The position numbers and the translations under genes are program-made. The notes beneath the pieces were generated by a model, which ran no database searches, was not told the DNA's origin, and was given only the letters and a program-made list of their open reading frames with translations. Below, piece after piece: positions 29,913 to 39,581 of a stretch of 64,000 bases of DNA. This DNA is from Polyangiaceae bacterium (GTDB taxonomy: Bacteria; Myxococcota_A; Polyangia; Polyangiales; Polyangiaceae): assembly GCA_050287085.1 (NCBI GenBank), contig JBNKBE010000025.1, positions 1 to 64,000 on the forward strand, read 5' to 3'. The first letter of the stretch is position 1. Every line of letters starts with the position of its first letter.

Positions 29913-30260
29913 ATGTCGGCAAAATCCGAAACCTCAAGTGTCATCAGTCCTTCCACCCGCATCGTCGGCAACGTGTCGGGAAGCGGTTCGCTACGCGTGG
30001 CAGGGCGAATTGAGGGCAGTATCGAAGTCTCTGGCGCCGTGGAGCTATTGGAAGGCGCCCAGGTGACCGGAGATGTGCACGCACGAGACGCCACCATTGG
30101 AGGCGAACTGCAAGGAGACGTCGAGTGCAGCGGTCCCATCCATCTTGGCGCGAACGCTGCGTTCGAAGGAACACTCCGCGGCTCCCAGGTGGCGATCGAA
30201 CCCGGCGCGCGAGTCCGGGCCAAGCTCGACACTGCGTTTGAGCTCAACCTGGAGATCTGA
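29913..30260 (+). CDS. Bactofilin (polymer-forming cytoskeletal protein)
   Basis: Beta-solenoid pattern IVGNVSG..LRVAGRIEGSI..VTGDV..IGGELQGDV. Confidence 0.9.
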   Translation: MSAKSETSSVISPSTRIVGNVSGSGSLRVAGRIEGSIEVSGAVELLEGAQVTGDVHARDATIGGELQGDVECSGPIHLGANAAFEGTLRGSQVAIEPGARVRAKLDTAFELNLEI

Positions 30261-30414
30261 GCTCCACGAATTCTGAGCTCGGTAAGCTCGATAGTATAAC
30301 ATCCGCCCTCCCAGACTGGTTCAGTGAGCTCCAGCGCAAGAACCAGACGAGCGCGGACGACGGACGAATAGACAAAGCGGCGAGCACGACTCACCACGAA
30401 AAGGTAGGGAACAC

Positions 30415-30729
30415 ATGGCAGGCACAGTGATTGGTTCTGGGCTCAGCATCGAAGGTGAGTTCACGAGCGAAGACGAAGTGGTCGTCGAAGGGAGCATGCG
30501 AGGTACGCTCAGCAGCAGCGCGGTGGTCAGCGTCGCCAACGGAGCAAGCGTCGCCGCTGATATTGCGGCTCGCTCACTGAGTGTCGCCGGTCAGGTCACC
30601 GGCAACGTGCGAGCCACCGACCGCATCGACATTCAAGCCGGAGGGCGACTCGTAGGAGACGTTCAGGCCGCGCGCCTAACCATCGCTGACGGAGCCAGCT
30701 TCAAGGGCAACGTGGACATGGACGTGTAA
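30415..30729 (+). CDS. Bactofilin
   Basis: TVIGSGLSIEGE, VAGQVTGNV, LTIADGASFKGNVDM. Confidence 0.94.
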   Translation: MAGTVIGSGLSIEGEFTSEDEVVVEGSMRGTLSSSAVVSVANGASVAADIAARSLSVAGQVTGNVRATDRIDIQAGGRLVGDVQAARLTIADGASFKGNVDMDV

Positions 30730-30735
30730 CCAGCA

Positions 30736-31341
30736 ATGGCGGAACACAGCATCATATCAGCTAGTACCATCATCCGTGGCAACATCAGCGGGGACGGTTC
30801 GCTTGAAATTCTCGGCAAGGTTCGCGGAGACGTAACCGTCAGCGGTGATCTCGTGCTGGGCTCCGACGCCGCCGTTCAAGGCAACGTCGAGGGTAGGAAC
30901 GTGGTCATCGCCGGTAGCGTTCTCGGCGACGTCGTCGGCGTAGAAAGCCTCGCGGTGCAGGAGACAGGACGAATCGTCGGTGACCTCCGCGCGCCAACGC
31001 TTGGGTTGCAGGAAGGCGCGTTGGTCCGAGGTCAACTGGAGACTGAGGGCCGGTCCCGCTCGAGCACGAAGCCGGCGTTCGCACAGTCGGCGCGCAAGAC
31101 CTCTGCGCCCCACGCTGGTGCCCCCCACGCTGGTGCCCCCGCGGCGCCTCGCCCGCCCGCGCCGCGCACCGTTATCACCCCAAAGCCAACGCCACGCGCG
31201 GAAAGCACGCAAGCCCCGATCAGCGCGGCTGCGCCAGCCAAAGCCGTCAAGAAGAAGAGCCGTGAAAAGGCGCCTCCAGCGCCGGTTGTCAGCGCACCCA
31301 AGCCCGGCTCGCGTGGACGCAAGAAGACAGCCAAGCGCTGA
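30736..31341 (+). CDS. Bactofilin with Pro/Ala/Lys-rich C-terminal tail (BacP-like)
   Basis: Bactofilin domain in the first ~103 aa, then a ~100-aa disordered basic tail. Confidence 0.9.
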   Translation: MAEHSIISASTIIRGNISGDGSLEILGKVRGDVTVSGDLVLGSDAAVQGNVEGRNVVIAGSVLGDVVGVESLAVQETGRIVGDLRAPTLGLQEGALVRGQLETEGRSRSSTKPAFAQSARKTSAPHAGAPHAGAPAAPRPPAPRTVITPKPTPRAESTQAPISAAAPAKAVKKKSREKAPPAPVVSAPKPGSRGRKKTAKR

Positions 31342-31430
31342 CGCGGTCCAGCCTTCTTGTTAGTTGCTGTATTGCCGCAGCAGTAGGTACAAGACTTGGG
31401 CTGGGCCACGCAGGACGATGGAGGCTCCCG

Positions 31431-32795
31431 ATGAATCGTCGTCGTTCCGACTCGCAAAAAGCCCGCTCTCGGCGCAAGGGACCCACGTCTGAAGACCCCT
31501 CCCGGATAGCCCGACGCGGTGAGCGTCCGGGACATGTTGTTTCCAAGGCAGGCGCAGGGCCCGCTCGCCCCAGCGCGCATTCCAGCTCGCGGGCCCATCG
31601 CGTGCCCTCAGGAGCCGGTCGCGCCGGGGTGGTAACCTTACCCCCACATCTCGAAACTGCGCTCCAAGCAGGCCATCCGTGGATCTATCGCGACCATGTG
31701 ACAGCGCCGCTCTCATGCGCGACTGGAAGCTGGGTGGAGGTGTGCGCCGGACGTACTCATGCGTTTGCTCTCTGGGACGCGGAAGGCGCGATTGCGTTGC
31801 GCATCTACTCGCGCCAGGCCGCTCCCACCAGTGACGATATCAAGACGCGGATCTGCGACGCACATCGCTTGCGCGAAGGCTTCATCGACAGCCGTACCAC
31901 GACGGCCTATCGATGGGTCAACGGTGAAGGGGATGCCTTGCCGGGCATCATCGTCGATCGCTACGGCGCCTACGCCGTCGTCGCGTTGGATTCCGTGGCT
32001 TGCCTCCCTCTGCTGCCGGCGGTCGCTGATGCGTTGATGGCAACCCCGGGGATTGCCGGAGTAGTGCGCAAGCGACGCGTCCAAGAAAGCGACGGCGGCG
32101 AGCGACTCGAGTTGCTCGCTGGCAGTCCGCCCCCGTCGGAGCTGATCGTGCTTGAACACGGTCTGCAAATGCGGGCCAATCTGTACGCGGGCCAGAAGAC
32201 GGGACTCTTCCTGGACCAGCGCGAGAACCGACGACTCATCGGGCACCATGCCCGAGGTCTGCGCGTGCTCAATCTGTTTTCCTATACCGGCGCCTTCTCC
32301 CTGTACGCGGCGCAGGGCGGCGCCCAAAGCACTGTATCGGTCGATATCGCAAAGGCCGCAGCCAGCGAAGCTGAGGCGAGCTTTCAACTCAACGGACTCA
32401 TGGGAGCAACACACGAGTTCGTTGTGGCCGACGTATTCGACTACCTGGGCGCGTGCCAAAGCCGCGGAGAGCACTTCGACCTCATCATCTGTGACCCCCC
32501 AAGCTTCGCCCATAACCAAACGCAATTGCGACGAGCCCTGAACGCGTATGTCCGGGTCAATGCCGCCGCAATGCGAGTGCTACGACCCGGTGGGCTGTAC
32601 GCTGCGGCCAGCTGCACGGCGCGAGTAAGCGAGCCGGAGTTCTCCGCTGCGGTCGCCGAGGCCGCTCGCAAAGCGCGCTGCGACTTCCAATTGCTAGCCG
32701 CTCGAAGCCATGCCCCCGACCACCCCGTGCACATCGCTCATCCCGAGCAGCGGTACCTGAAGTTCCTGCTGGGCCGCGTCACTCCCAGACGCTAG
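31431..32795 (+). CDS. rlmI: RlmI-family rRNA m5C methyltransferase
   Basis: GHPWIY (PUA), EGDALPG, GQKTGLFLDQRENR, LNLFSYTG, DPPSF, SC. Confidence 0.88.
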   Translation: MNRRRSDSQKARSRRKGPTSEDPSRIARRGERPGHVVSKAGAGPARPSAHSSSRAHRVPSGAGRAGVVTLPPHLETALQAGHPWIYRDHVTAPLSCATGSWVEVCAGRTHAFALWDAEGAIALRIYSRQAAPTSDDIKTRICDAHRLREGFIDSRTTTAYRWVNGEGDALPGIIVDRYGAYAVVALDSVACLPLLPAVADALMATPGIAGVVRKRRVQESDGGERLELLAGSPPPSELIVLEHGLQMRANLYAGQKTGLFLDQRENRRLIGHHARGLRVLNLFSYTGAFSLYAAQGGAQSTVSVDIAKAAASEAEASFQLNGLMGATHEFVVADVFDYLGACQSRGEHFDLIICDPPSFAHNQTQLRRALNAYVRVNAAAMRVLRPGGLYAAASCTARVSEPEFSAAVAEAARKARCDFQLLAARSHAPDHPVHIAHPEQRYLKFLLGRVTPRR

Positions 32796-32819
32796 GCGGC
32801 GCGTTGCTGCAACGAAACC

Positions 32820-33632
32820 CTAGGGCTGCTCGTTCGGCTCCGGCAGCGACGCTCCGGAGCGCACATACTGAACGATCACGTCAACCAGCTGCCGATCGAG
32901 GCGTTCACATTTCTGTGACACTCGGCCCATGCTCGCCCCCTTACACTCCTTGCGGCGAGCCCCGTAGGTCTGGCGAACGTCTACGTCTTGTTTGAGAGCC
33001 GACCGCATGCCGTCCCCCAACCACTTCCACTCGACGCGTGAGTGCTTCGGCCGCGGTGGGCGCTGGGCGCTGAGCTCGCCGCCCTCAAGACTTACGCAAC
33101 TGCCATTCCAGCGGAGCGCGTCGTACTGCCCGCTACCATCACCGATCTGAATGCCATCCCCCGCGGTGCCGCGGTGCCGCAAGATGAGCACCTCCTCGTC
33201 GAAGGCCATCATGCCGGCCACCGAGGCCCCCCCAGACGCGTTGACCGCCTCGGTTTCCCCCCGCAGGTACATCCGTTGCCAAGGCGTCCCGGCCTGAAAC
33301 ATGTACAGCGCAACCTCCGGAAACACTCCGTCGCAAAGCTTCTTCACCCATCCTTGGGGGGGTAAACACTCGGACTGCGCAGGAGCACATTGGGTCGGCA
33401 CGCGCGTAGCGCTCTCGCCGCTCTCCTCTTTCCCACTCGCTTCAAGCCCCGCCCCCACGGTGCCGATCTCGCTCCCGGCGGTCGCAGCCGCCTCATCATT
33501 CTCAGCCGCCAACGAAGAGGTTTCATCGCCGGCGCCCCGCGGCGGCTCCACGCTCTGGGCACACCCGGCTAGTTGAACCGCGGCAGCCAGCCCCCAACCA
33601 ATCGCACGAAACCCACCACTTGCCTCTCGCAT
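32820..33632 (-). CDS. Hypothetical Cys-rich lipoprotein
   Basis: Lipobox LAGC, acidic linker, folded C-domain with several Cys. Confidence 0.75.
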   Translation of the reverse strand: MREASGGFRAIGWGLAAAVQLAGCAQSVEPPRGAGDETSSLAAENDEAAATAGSEIGTVGAGLEASGKEESGESATRVPTQCAPAQSECLPPQGWVKKLCDGVFPEVALYMFQAGTPWQRMYLRGETEAVNASGGASVAGMMAFDEEVLILRHRGTAGDGIQIGDGSGQYDALRWNGSCVSLEGGELSAQRPPRPKHSRVEWKWLGDGMRSALKQDVDVRQTYGARRKECKGASMGRVSQKCERLDRQLVDVIVQYVRSGASLPEPNEQP

Positions 33633-33885
33633 CCCGCTACGGAACCCGACCTATCGTCGTAGGTCAACCTGGGATTGAACCTCCTCAGACCACGCCGGTT
33701 GGTAAGCCAGAAGCCCGCAGCAGCGTGCCCGAGACCCTACATCTTGTCCGCCGCGAGCGCCGAGGAGAGCTCGCTCTCCAAACAGGCACCGCGGGTCCGA
33801 GCTCCCTCGGACCCGAAGTTTCGACTCGACGACAAGGTCGGGGCAACCTCCGCCCCTCTGCCGACGGCGGGCCAAGGCCGCTAAC

Positions 33886-34764
33886 TCACCCCGCCAAGGC
33901 TTCAGCGCCGCCGATAATCTCCAAGATCTCCGTGGTAATCGCAGCCTGGCGGAGGCGGTTGTACTGAAGCGTTAGGTCCGCAATCATCTCGGAAGCATTC
34001 TTGGTCGCGGCATCCATCGCCGTCATTCGCGCCCCGAGCTCAGAGGCCATGGACTCCAATAGCGAACGCAAAACGGTCGCTTCGACGTACATTGGAACCA
34101 AGCGCTCCAGCAACGCCGCCTCACTCGGCTCGAAGATGTATTCCGGCGTAGAATCGTCCGACGGCTCATCGGCCACGGCCGTGGCCAATGGAAACAGAGG
34201 GTCAACAATGACCTCCTGGGTCATGGCACTCTTGAACTCGTTGTACACCAGATCGATCGCGTCGACTTCACCAGCGACAAAAGGCTCCAACACCTTACGC
34301 GCCACGCGGCGCGCGGTCTTGACGTCCAGGTCGTCCCAGATGTCGTCAAAGACGTGAAAGACAGAACTCTTTCGAGCCGCAAAGAAGTCGCGCCCCTTGC
34401 GCCCCAGCAGGGCCAACGAGATCTCCTGCCCCGCTCGCTTTCCGGCCGCCAACTCAAGCTCAACACGCTTGCAAATGCTGGAGTTGAACGAACCACACAA
34501 GCCCCGATCGCTTGTTACGACAACCAGAAGCCGACGCTTGGGCTCGCGTTGAGCCAGCAGAGGATGCACGTTTTCCCGCTGACTGGTAGCCTCGACCGCG
34601 GCACGCAGCACACGCCCCGTAGCCACCGCGTAGGGACGCATCTGCGTTATCCGCTGCTGGGCGCGATTGAGACGCGCGCCCGCAACCATCTTCATCGCTC
34701 GCGTGATCTTCTGCGTCGACTTGACGCTGTCGATTCGCTTGCGGATTGACTTTAGGTTCGCCAC
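33886..34764 (-). CDS. atpG: ATP synthase F1 subunit gamma
   Basis: SVKSTQKITRAMKMVA, TSDRGLCGSFN, RQAAITTEILEIIGGA. Confidence 0.98.
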   Translation of the reverse strand: MANLKSIRKRIDSVKSTQKITRAMKMVAGARLNRAQQRITQMRPYAVATGRVLRAAVEATSQRENVHPLLAQREPKRRLLVVVTSDRGLCGSFNSSICKRVELELAAGKRAGQEISLALLGRKGRDFFAARKSSVFHVFDDIWDDLDVKTARRVARKVLEPFVAGEVDAIDLVYNEFKSAMTQEVIVDPLFPLATAVADEPSDDSTPEYIFEPSEAALLERLVPMYVEATVLRSLLESMASELGARMTAMDAATKNASEMIADLTLQYNRLRQAAITTEILEIIGGAEALAG

Positions 34765-34770
34765 GCGTCC

Positions 34771-36453
34771 CTAGTTGCCCTTGCTAGCTGGTACGAATTT
34801 CTCAGCGAAAGCCTTCAATGCACCGTCAAACTCGGTCTTGAAGTCCCCAGCGATCACCTCTCCCCTGCGCAGCTTCTCCAGCAGCTCAGGGTGTTTGTCG
34901 TCGATGAACGCAAACAACTCCTTTTCGTACTGCTGTATCGCCGCAACGGGAAGCCCATCGACGAAGCCGTTGATACCCGCGTAGATGATGGTGACTTGAC
35001 GTTCTACGGGCTGGGGTACGTATTGGCCCTGCTTCAGCAACTCAACCAGGCGTTCCCCCCGTTCGAGCTGCGCACGCGTCGACGCGTCGAGATCTGAGGC
35101 GAACTGCGCAAAGGCGGCCATTTCGCGATACTGAGCAAGATCGAGACGAAGCGTTCCGGCGATCTTCCGCATGGGCTTCACCTGGGCACTGCCCCCTACG
35201 CGACTCACCGAAATGCCCACGTTGATAGCCGGACGAATACCCGAGTAGAACAAGTCGCTCTCCAAGAATATCTGACCGTCCGTGATGGAGATGACGTTGG
35301 TGGGAATGTACGCAGAAACATCACCCGCCTGCGTTTCGATCACCGGCAGTGCCGTCAGCGAGCCCCCGGAGAAGGGATCCTTCTTCACTTCCAGATTCGC
35401 CTTGTCGGCGTTCGCGGCCAGCGCTTTCTCAGCTTCCTCACGGCCTTCGGACATCAGGTGAACCTTGCCGTCCACACCGCGGAAGGAGTGATCTCCTGCC
35501 GGGATCTCTGTGCCCTTCTTCACCACGAACCAGCGCTCAGCCAGCTTGGCGGCACGCTCGAGCAGGCGCGAATGCACATAAAAGACGTCACCGGGATACG
35601 CTTCGCGCCCTGGCGGTCGCCGTAGCAGCAACGACATCTGACGATAGGCCACAGCTTGCTTGGACAAGTCGTCGTAGATGCACAGTACGTGTTCGCCGCG
35701 GTCACGAAAGTACTCGCCCATGGCAACACCGCTGTAGGGCGCAAGGAATTGCAACGGAGCCGCCTCAGTCGCCGAAGCAATAACTACGATGGTGTAGTCC
35801 ATGGCGCCCGCTTTGGTCAGCTTGTCGACAACCTGAGCCACGGTCGATGCCTTCTGACCAATGGCCACATAGATGCATCGAACGCCGGTCTTCTTCTGAT
35901 TGATTATCGTATCTACGGCGATTGCGGTCTTTCCCGTTTGTCGATCGCCGATGATGAGCTCGCGCTGCCCCCGCCCGATGGGAATCATCGAGTCGATCGC
36001 CTTGATGCCGGTTTGAAGCGGCTCCTTCACCGGTTGTCGCCCGATGATGCCAGGTGCTTTCACCTCTATCTTTCGGGTTTCCGCTGCAGCGATGGGCCCC
36101 TTCCCGTCCACGGGCTGCCCAAGTGCGTTGACGACGCGACCGAGACATTGGTCACCCACTGGGACGTCCGCGATCCGTCCGGTGCGCTTTACAGGCGACC
36201 CTTCAGACACACCCTGGGGGTCACCCAGGATCGCAACGCCCACATTGTCTTGCTCGAGGTTGAGGATCAGGCCGAAAACGTCGTTGTCAAACTCGACGAG
36301 CTCACCCGCCATAGCTCCGTCCAGCCCGTGCACGCGTGCGATTCCGTCGCCGGTGGTGAGCACCGTACCCGTTTCGCTGACGTGTGCCGGAGCGTCGAAG
36401 TTCTGGATTTGCTGCTTGATGATCTGTGAGATCTCGTCCGCATTAAGCTGCAT
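34771..36453 (-). CDS. atpA: ATP synthase F1 subunit alpha, with a long internal insertion
   Basis: [42 protein letters not shown]. Confidence 0.98.
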   Translation of the reverse strand: MQLNADEISQIIKQQIQNFDAPAHVSETGTVLTTGDGIARVHGLDGAMAGELVEFDNDVFGLILNLEQDNVGVAILGDPQGVSEGSPVKRTGRIADVPVGDQCLGRVVNALGQPVDGKGPIAAAETRKIEVKAPGIIGRQPVKEPLQTGIKAIDSMIPIGRGQRELIIGDRQTGKTAIAVDTIINQKKTGVRCIYVAIGQKASTVAQVVDKLTKAGAMDYTIVVIASATEAAPLQFLAPYSGVAMGEYFRDRGEHVLCIYDDLSKQAVAYRQMSLLLRRPPGREAYPGDVFYVHSRLLERAAKLAERWFVVKKGTEIPAGDHSFRGVDGKVHLMSEGREEAEKALAANADKANLEVKKDPFSGGSLTALPVIETQAGDVSAYIPTNVISITDGQIFLESDLFYSGIRPAINVGISVSRVGGSAQVKPMRKIAGTLRLDLAQYREMAAFAQFASDLDASTRAQLERGERLVELLKQGQYVPQPVERQVTIIYAGINGFVDGLPVAAIQQYEKELFAFIDDKHPELLEKLRRGEVIAGDFKTEFDGALKAFAEKFVPASKGN

Positions 36454-36497
36454 AGCTACCTTATTTCTGTTCTATTTCTGCGCTGGTTCGAAGTTGG

Positions 36498-37046
36498 TTA
36501 GCTGCTCGAGGAAGTGAGTCGCTGCTCGAGCGCCTCCAGCTTGCCCTTCAGCGACCCGTCAATGGTGTTGTCGCCGATGGTGGTGACAACACCCGCAATG
36601 AGCGAAGCATCGGTACTTCGCTCGATGACGGGTTTCTTGCCGAGTCCGGTCTCAATCTTTGCCGCAAGCTGCGCATAAAAGGTATCCGGAAGAGGCGCGG
36701 CCGACGTTACCTTCACGCGCACTATCCCCGCCCGTTCGTCGGCGAGCGTGCCGAGCCGCCGAGAGATGGCAGGAACTTGCGCCAACCGGCGACGACGAGT
36801 GAGCAGTCGTACGGCGTTGAGTGCCTCCGTTCCCATTGCGAGGCGCGACGCCAAGGTGCGGAGCACAGAAGTTCGTTGCTCTTCCGAAACCGCCGGATTC
36901 GAAAGCACACCGCGCAGTTCAGCGCTGCAGGTGAAGGCGTCGTAGAAACGACGGAAGTCGCTCGTCAGCTGTTCAAGCTTGCCCGTCTCGAGCCCTAGCT
37001 CGAACATGGCGCGTGCGTAGCGCTCGGCAATGGCACTCTCGCTCAT
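36498..37046 (-). CDS. atpH: ATP synthase F1 subunit delta
   Basis: AERYARAMFE, VTSAAPL, DASLIAGVVTTIGDNTIDGSL. Confidence 0.95.
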   Translation of the reverse strand: MSESAIAERYARAMFELGLETGKLEQLTSDFRRFYDAFTCSAELRGVLSNPAVSEEQRTSVLRTLASRLAMGTEALNAVRLLTRRRRLAQVPAISRRLGTLADERAGIVRVKVTSAAPLPDTFYAQLAAKIETGLGKKPVIERSTDASLIAGVVTTIGDNTIDGSLKGKLEALEQRLTSSSS

Positions 37047-37831
37047 GCCTGGCCTCCTCGCCCTTGCTTCAGGCCTAGAAGAAGCGAATCGAGATCGGAC
37101 AAGTAGGCCTCGCTCATTCGCTGATGATCACTAGATACGACCTGGGTTAGCAACAGTTCCCGCGCGGTTTCTGCGGCGCCGCGGGTCATCTGCTGAATGA
37201 GAGTTTGTTGCATGGCTTTCTGCTCTTGCTCGAGCAAGCGGGTGGCCTCGTAGCTCATCCGTACTTTGCGCTCCCTCGCGGCCGCGAGAATGCCCTCACG
37301 TTCAAGCTCTGCCGCCTCTCGCATGTCGCGCTTGATACGCTCGATATCGCTATCGACCGAGTCCAGCTTGGCTTGGTACTGCGCGAGCTGCTCCGTAGCC
37401 TCAGCCTTCATTCGAGCGGCTTGCTGCATACCGTCCATGATGGCGGCACGTCGCTTCTTGAGGCCCTCGGCAACAGGCCCCTTTCCGAAACGATATAGGC
37501 CATAGAACAACACCGCCGTGTTGATCAGATACGCAAGGAACGGTACCGGCATGCCCGGCAGGCGGTAGGCAACGCTGGGATGCTCTGCCTCTGCATCTTC
37601 GCCAAGAAAACCGTAGTACCAATTGAACTCGTGCGCAGCGCCGGCATGCTGCTCTGCGGCCGCGCCGTGGGGGCGCGCCTCGTGCTCTGCAGGTGCGCTC
37701 TCCGCACGGATGCCAGGCGCGAGGGACATCGCAGCGACAAGCGCCGCCATCGAAACGATGGCCCGTGTGGAGGATGACGCACGAGCCTTCGTGCGTCCGT
37801 TCGTGATTCCGAGTTGAGTCATGTCTTCCAT
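37043..37831 (-). CDS. atpF: ATP synthase F0 subunit b with signal-like N-terminal extension
   Basis: TM (YLINTAVLFYGLYRFGKGP) followed by KRRAAI and a long coiled coil. Directly upstream of atpH. Confidence 0.85.
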   Translation of the reverse strand: MEDMTQLGITNGRTKARASSSTRAIVSMAALVAAMSLAPGIRAESAPAEHEARPHGAAAEQHAGAAHEFNWYYGFLGEDAEAEHPSVAYRLPGMPVPFLAYLINTAVLFYGLYRFGKGPVAEGLKKRRAAIMDGMQQAARMKAEATEQLAQYQAKLDSVDSDIERIKRDMREAAELEREGILAAARERKVRMSYEATRLLEQEQKAMQQTLIQQMTRGAAETARELLLTQVVSSDHQRMSEAYLSDLDSLLLGLKQGRGGQA

Positions 37832-37868
37832 CTGTGGCTGAGAACTGAAGTCTGCTGCGCTGCGTGTG

Positions 37869-38471
37869 TCAGTTGCTCAGCGAGCGCCCGAGGACCTTCT
37901 CTGCGACGTCTCGACCAAGGCGCTCGGACTGTCGACCCAGTTCGAAACGCATCTGCTCGACCTGCGCCGCCAACTCCCTGCGACCGCGCTCGACAATCAC
38001 CGCCGTCTCGGCCCGCGCCTCGTTCAAAATGCGCTCCTCGAGACGAGCGGTTTCCGCTCGAATAGCGTCGCGCTCCTTGGCGACTTCAGAGCTGACCCGT
38101 GCGATGGCCTGTTCGTAGCGGACGAGCAATTCGCCGGCCTTCTTCTGCATCTCCCGGGCTTCGCTACGGGCACCGTCGGTCCGCTTCTCGCGTTCTTCGA
38201 AAACCTTCAGCAACGGATCAAAAAGCAGCGGCTTCAAGGCCACTACGAGAAACAGGAACAGGAACATCTGGAGCGTGAACGTCGCATCCAGGTCCAAGAA
38301 GCTGCCTCCGCCCGAGCGGGCGTGGCTTGCGGCGCTGCTCAACACGACGGGCCCGCTCGACAATGAGGGCAGGACGCCCCCTAGGGTGCCCCCCTCGACG
38401 GGAAGCAGGTCGCTGGTTCGCAACGACTCTATGAGGCTCGACATTATATGACTGGGCGTTGTGAGGGTCAT
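37869..38471 (-). CDS. ATP synthase F0 subunit b'
   Basis: LDATFTLQMFLFLFLVVALKPLLFDPLLKVFEERE then coiled coil. Start uncertain (38471 or 38444). Confidence 0.88.
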   Translation of the reverse strand: MTLTTPSHIMSSLIESLRTSDLLPVEGGTLGGVLPSLSSGPVVLSSAASHARSGGGSFLDLDATFTLQMFLFLFLVVALKPLLFDPLLKVFEEREKRTDGARSEAREMQKKAGELLVRYEQAIARVSSEVAKERDAIRAETARLEERILNEARAETAVIVERGRRELAAQVEQMRFELGRQSERLGRDVAEKVLGRSLSN

Positions 38472-38760
38472 CGTCTCGTTCGCAGTAGGTGACGGGGCGA
38501 GATGCCAACGGGTCAGGTCAGCGACCACACCTCGCCGAAGCGGAGCGGCGCGCCAAAAGGCGCACTGATCAGGGCACCGGCGCGGCTCGTACCACCCTGG
38601 TGATAGACTGTCCAGAGGAGCCCCCTGCGCTGATTTGCCCCAGGTTTGAGAGACCTAGGCTGGGCTCCCATAAAGACCCAGCGACCGGCACGCCCGCCGC
38701 CGCAGACAAGCCCTGGCCGAGCGCGGTGGACACTCAAAACCGTGGCTGCCGTACTCAAAT

Positions 38761-39309
38761 TCAAGTCCCCAAACGACACGGCCCAGCCCACTTGCCACCT
38801 GCGCTTCCAGGGCGGCAGCGAATCTGCTGACCCTGTAACTGGGAAAGGTATTTGGTGTACGGCCGGCCTGTGATGGGGTCAACCGCTGCCGGCGCAACGT
38901 CTAGCAGTGGACGCAGCGCAAAAGCCCTTTGCGTCAAGCGCGGGTGAGGCACTCGCACCAACGCCTTGAAAGAAACGGTCCGAGCCGCCCACAAGAGATC
39001 CAGATCGAGAACCCTCGGGCCAAAGCGAACGCCACGCCGGCGCCCAAGAACGCGCTCGACTTCGAGCAGGCGAGCCAACAACTGCTCTGGACCACCGTCG
39101 TACTCAACGAGTGCTGCGGCATTAACAAAAGCCGGTTGGGCAGGTCCTCCGATCGGAGCGGAGTCATACAGCGCAGACGCACGATTCAGGCGAGCGAAGG
39201 TCGCCAATCTGGCGCACGCTGCGGCAAATGTGCGCTCTGGAACGCCAAGATTGGCGCCAAGCCCAACGACCGCAACAAGCCGCTGGGGTGAACCACCGAG
39301 AGAGTCCAT
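38761..39309 (-). CDS. folK: 2-amino-4-hydroxy-6-hydroxymethyldihydropteridine diphosphokinase
   Basis: GLGANLG, QPAFVNA, RFGPRVLDLDLL, VPHPRLTQRAF. Confidence 0.95.
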   Translation of the reverse strand: MDSLGGSPQRLVAVVGLGANLGVPERTFAAACARLATFARLNRASALYDSAPIGGPAQPAFVNAAALVEYDGGPEQLLARLLEVERVLGRRRGVRFGPRVLDLDLLWAARTVSFKALVRVPHPRLTQRAFALRPLLDVAPAAVDPITGRPYTKYLSQLQGQQIRCRPGSAGGKWAGPCRLGT

Positions 39310-39581
39310 AACGGGATCGCGACGGGTGAGCCTTGTGCTATTGGGCTCTCGTGCTGGGTCTAAACTCCACTGAACTTTTTTTGGTCGGATTCATTGGGTT
39401 GAGCATCGTGGGAGCGCCTTATAGCGGAAGGGCGCTGGAGTGGCTGATAATGCGACTCCGAGACGTTCACACGGCCAGCGGGAAGTCGCGGGATTGACAG
39501 GGCCGTGGAGCGCGGTGGGAGTATGAAGCGAAACCCAAGTTCGGCGGGTCGACTCGAACAGACGCAGCTGGAGCGTGAACC

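Noticed and set aside
35368..35541. Intein or intron in atpA
   Set aside because: Too short, no Cys/Ser start or His-Asn end, no splicing motifs, and the frame is uninterrupted.
35656..36429. Long antisense ORFs (also 11715-12479, 17449-18360, 31713-32525, 45287-46177)
   Set aside because: Shadow frames of real genes in GC-rich DNA, with no motifs and atypical composition.
38513..38791. Possible atpI/atpZ upstream of the atp genes
   Set aside because: No transmembrane pattern or AtpI/AtpZ similarity.
39470..39490. Cobalamin riboswitch, suggested by GCCAGCGGGAAG
   Set aside because: The other conserved elements of the aptamer are absent.
39494..39527. sigma70 promoter TTGACA...TATGAA
   Set aside because: The 22-nt spacer is too long.
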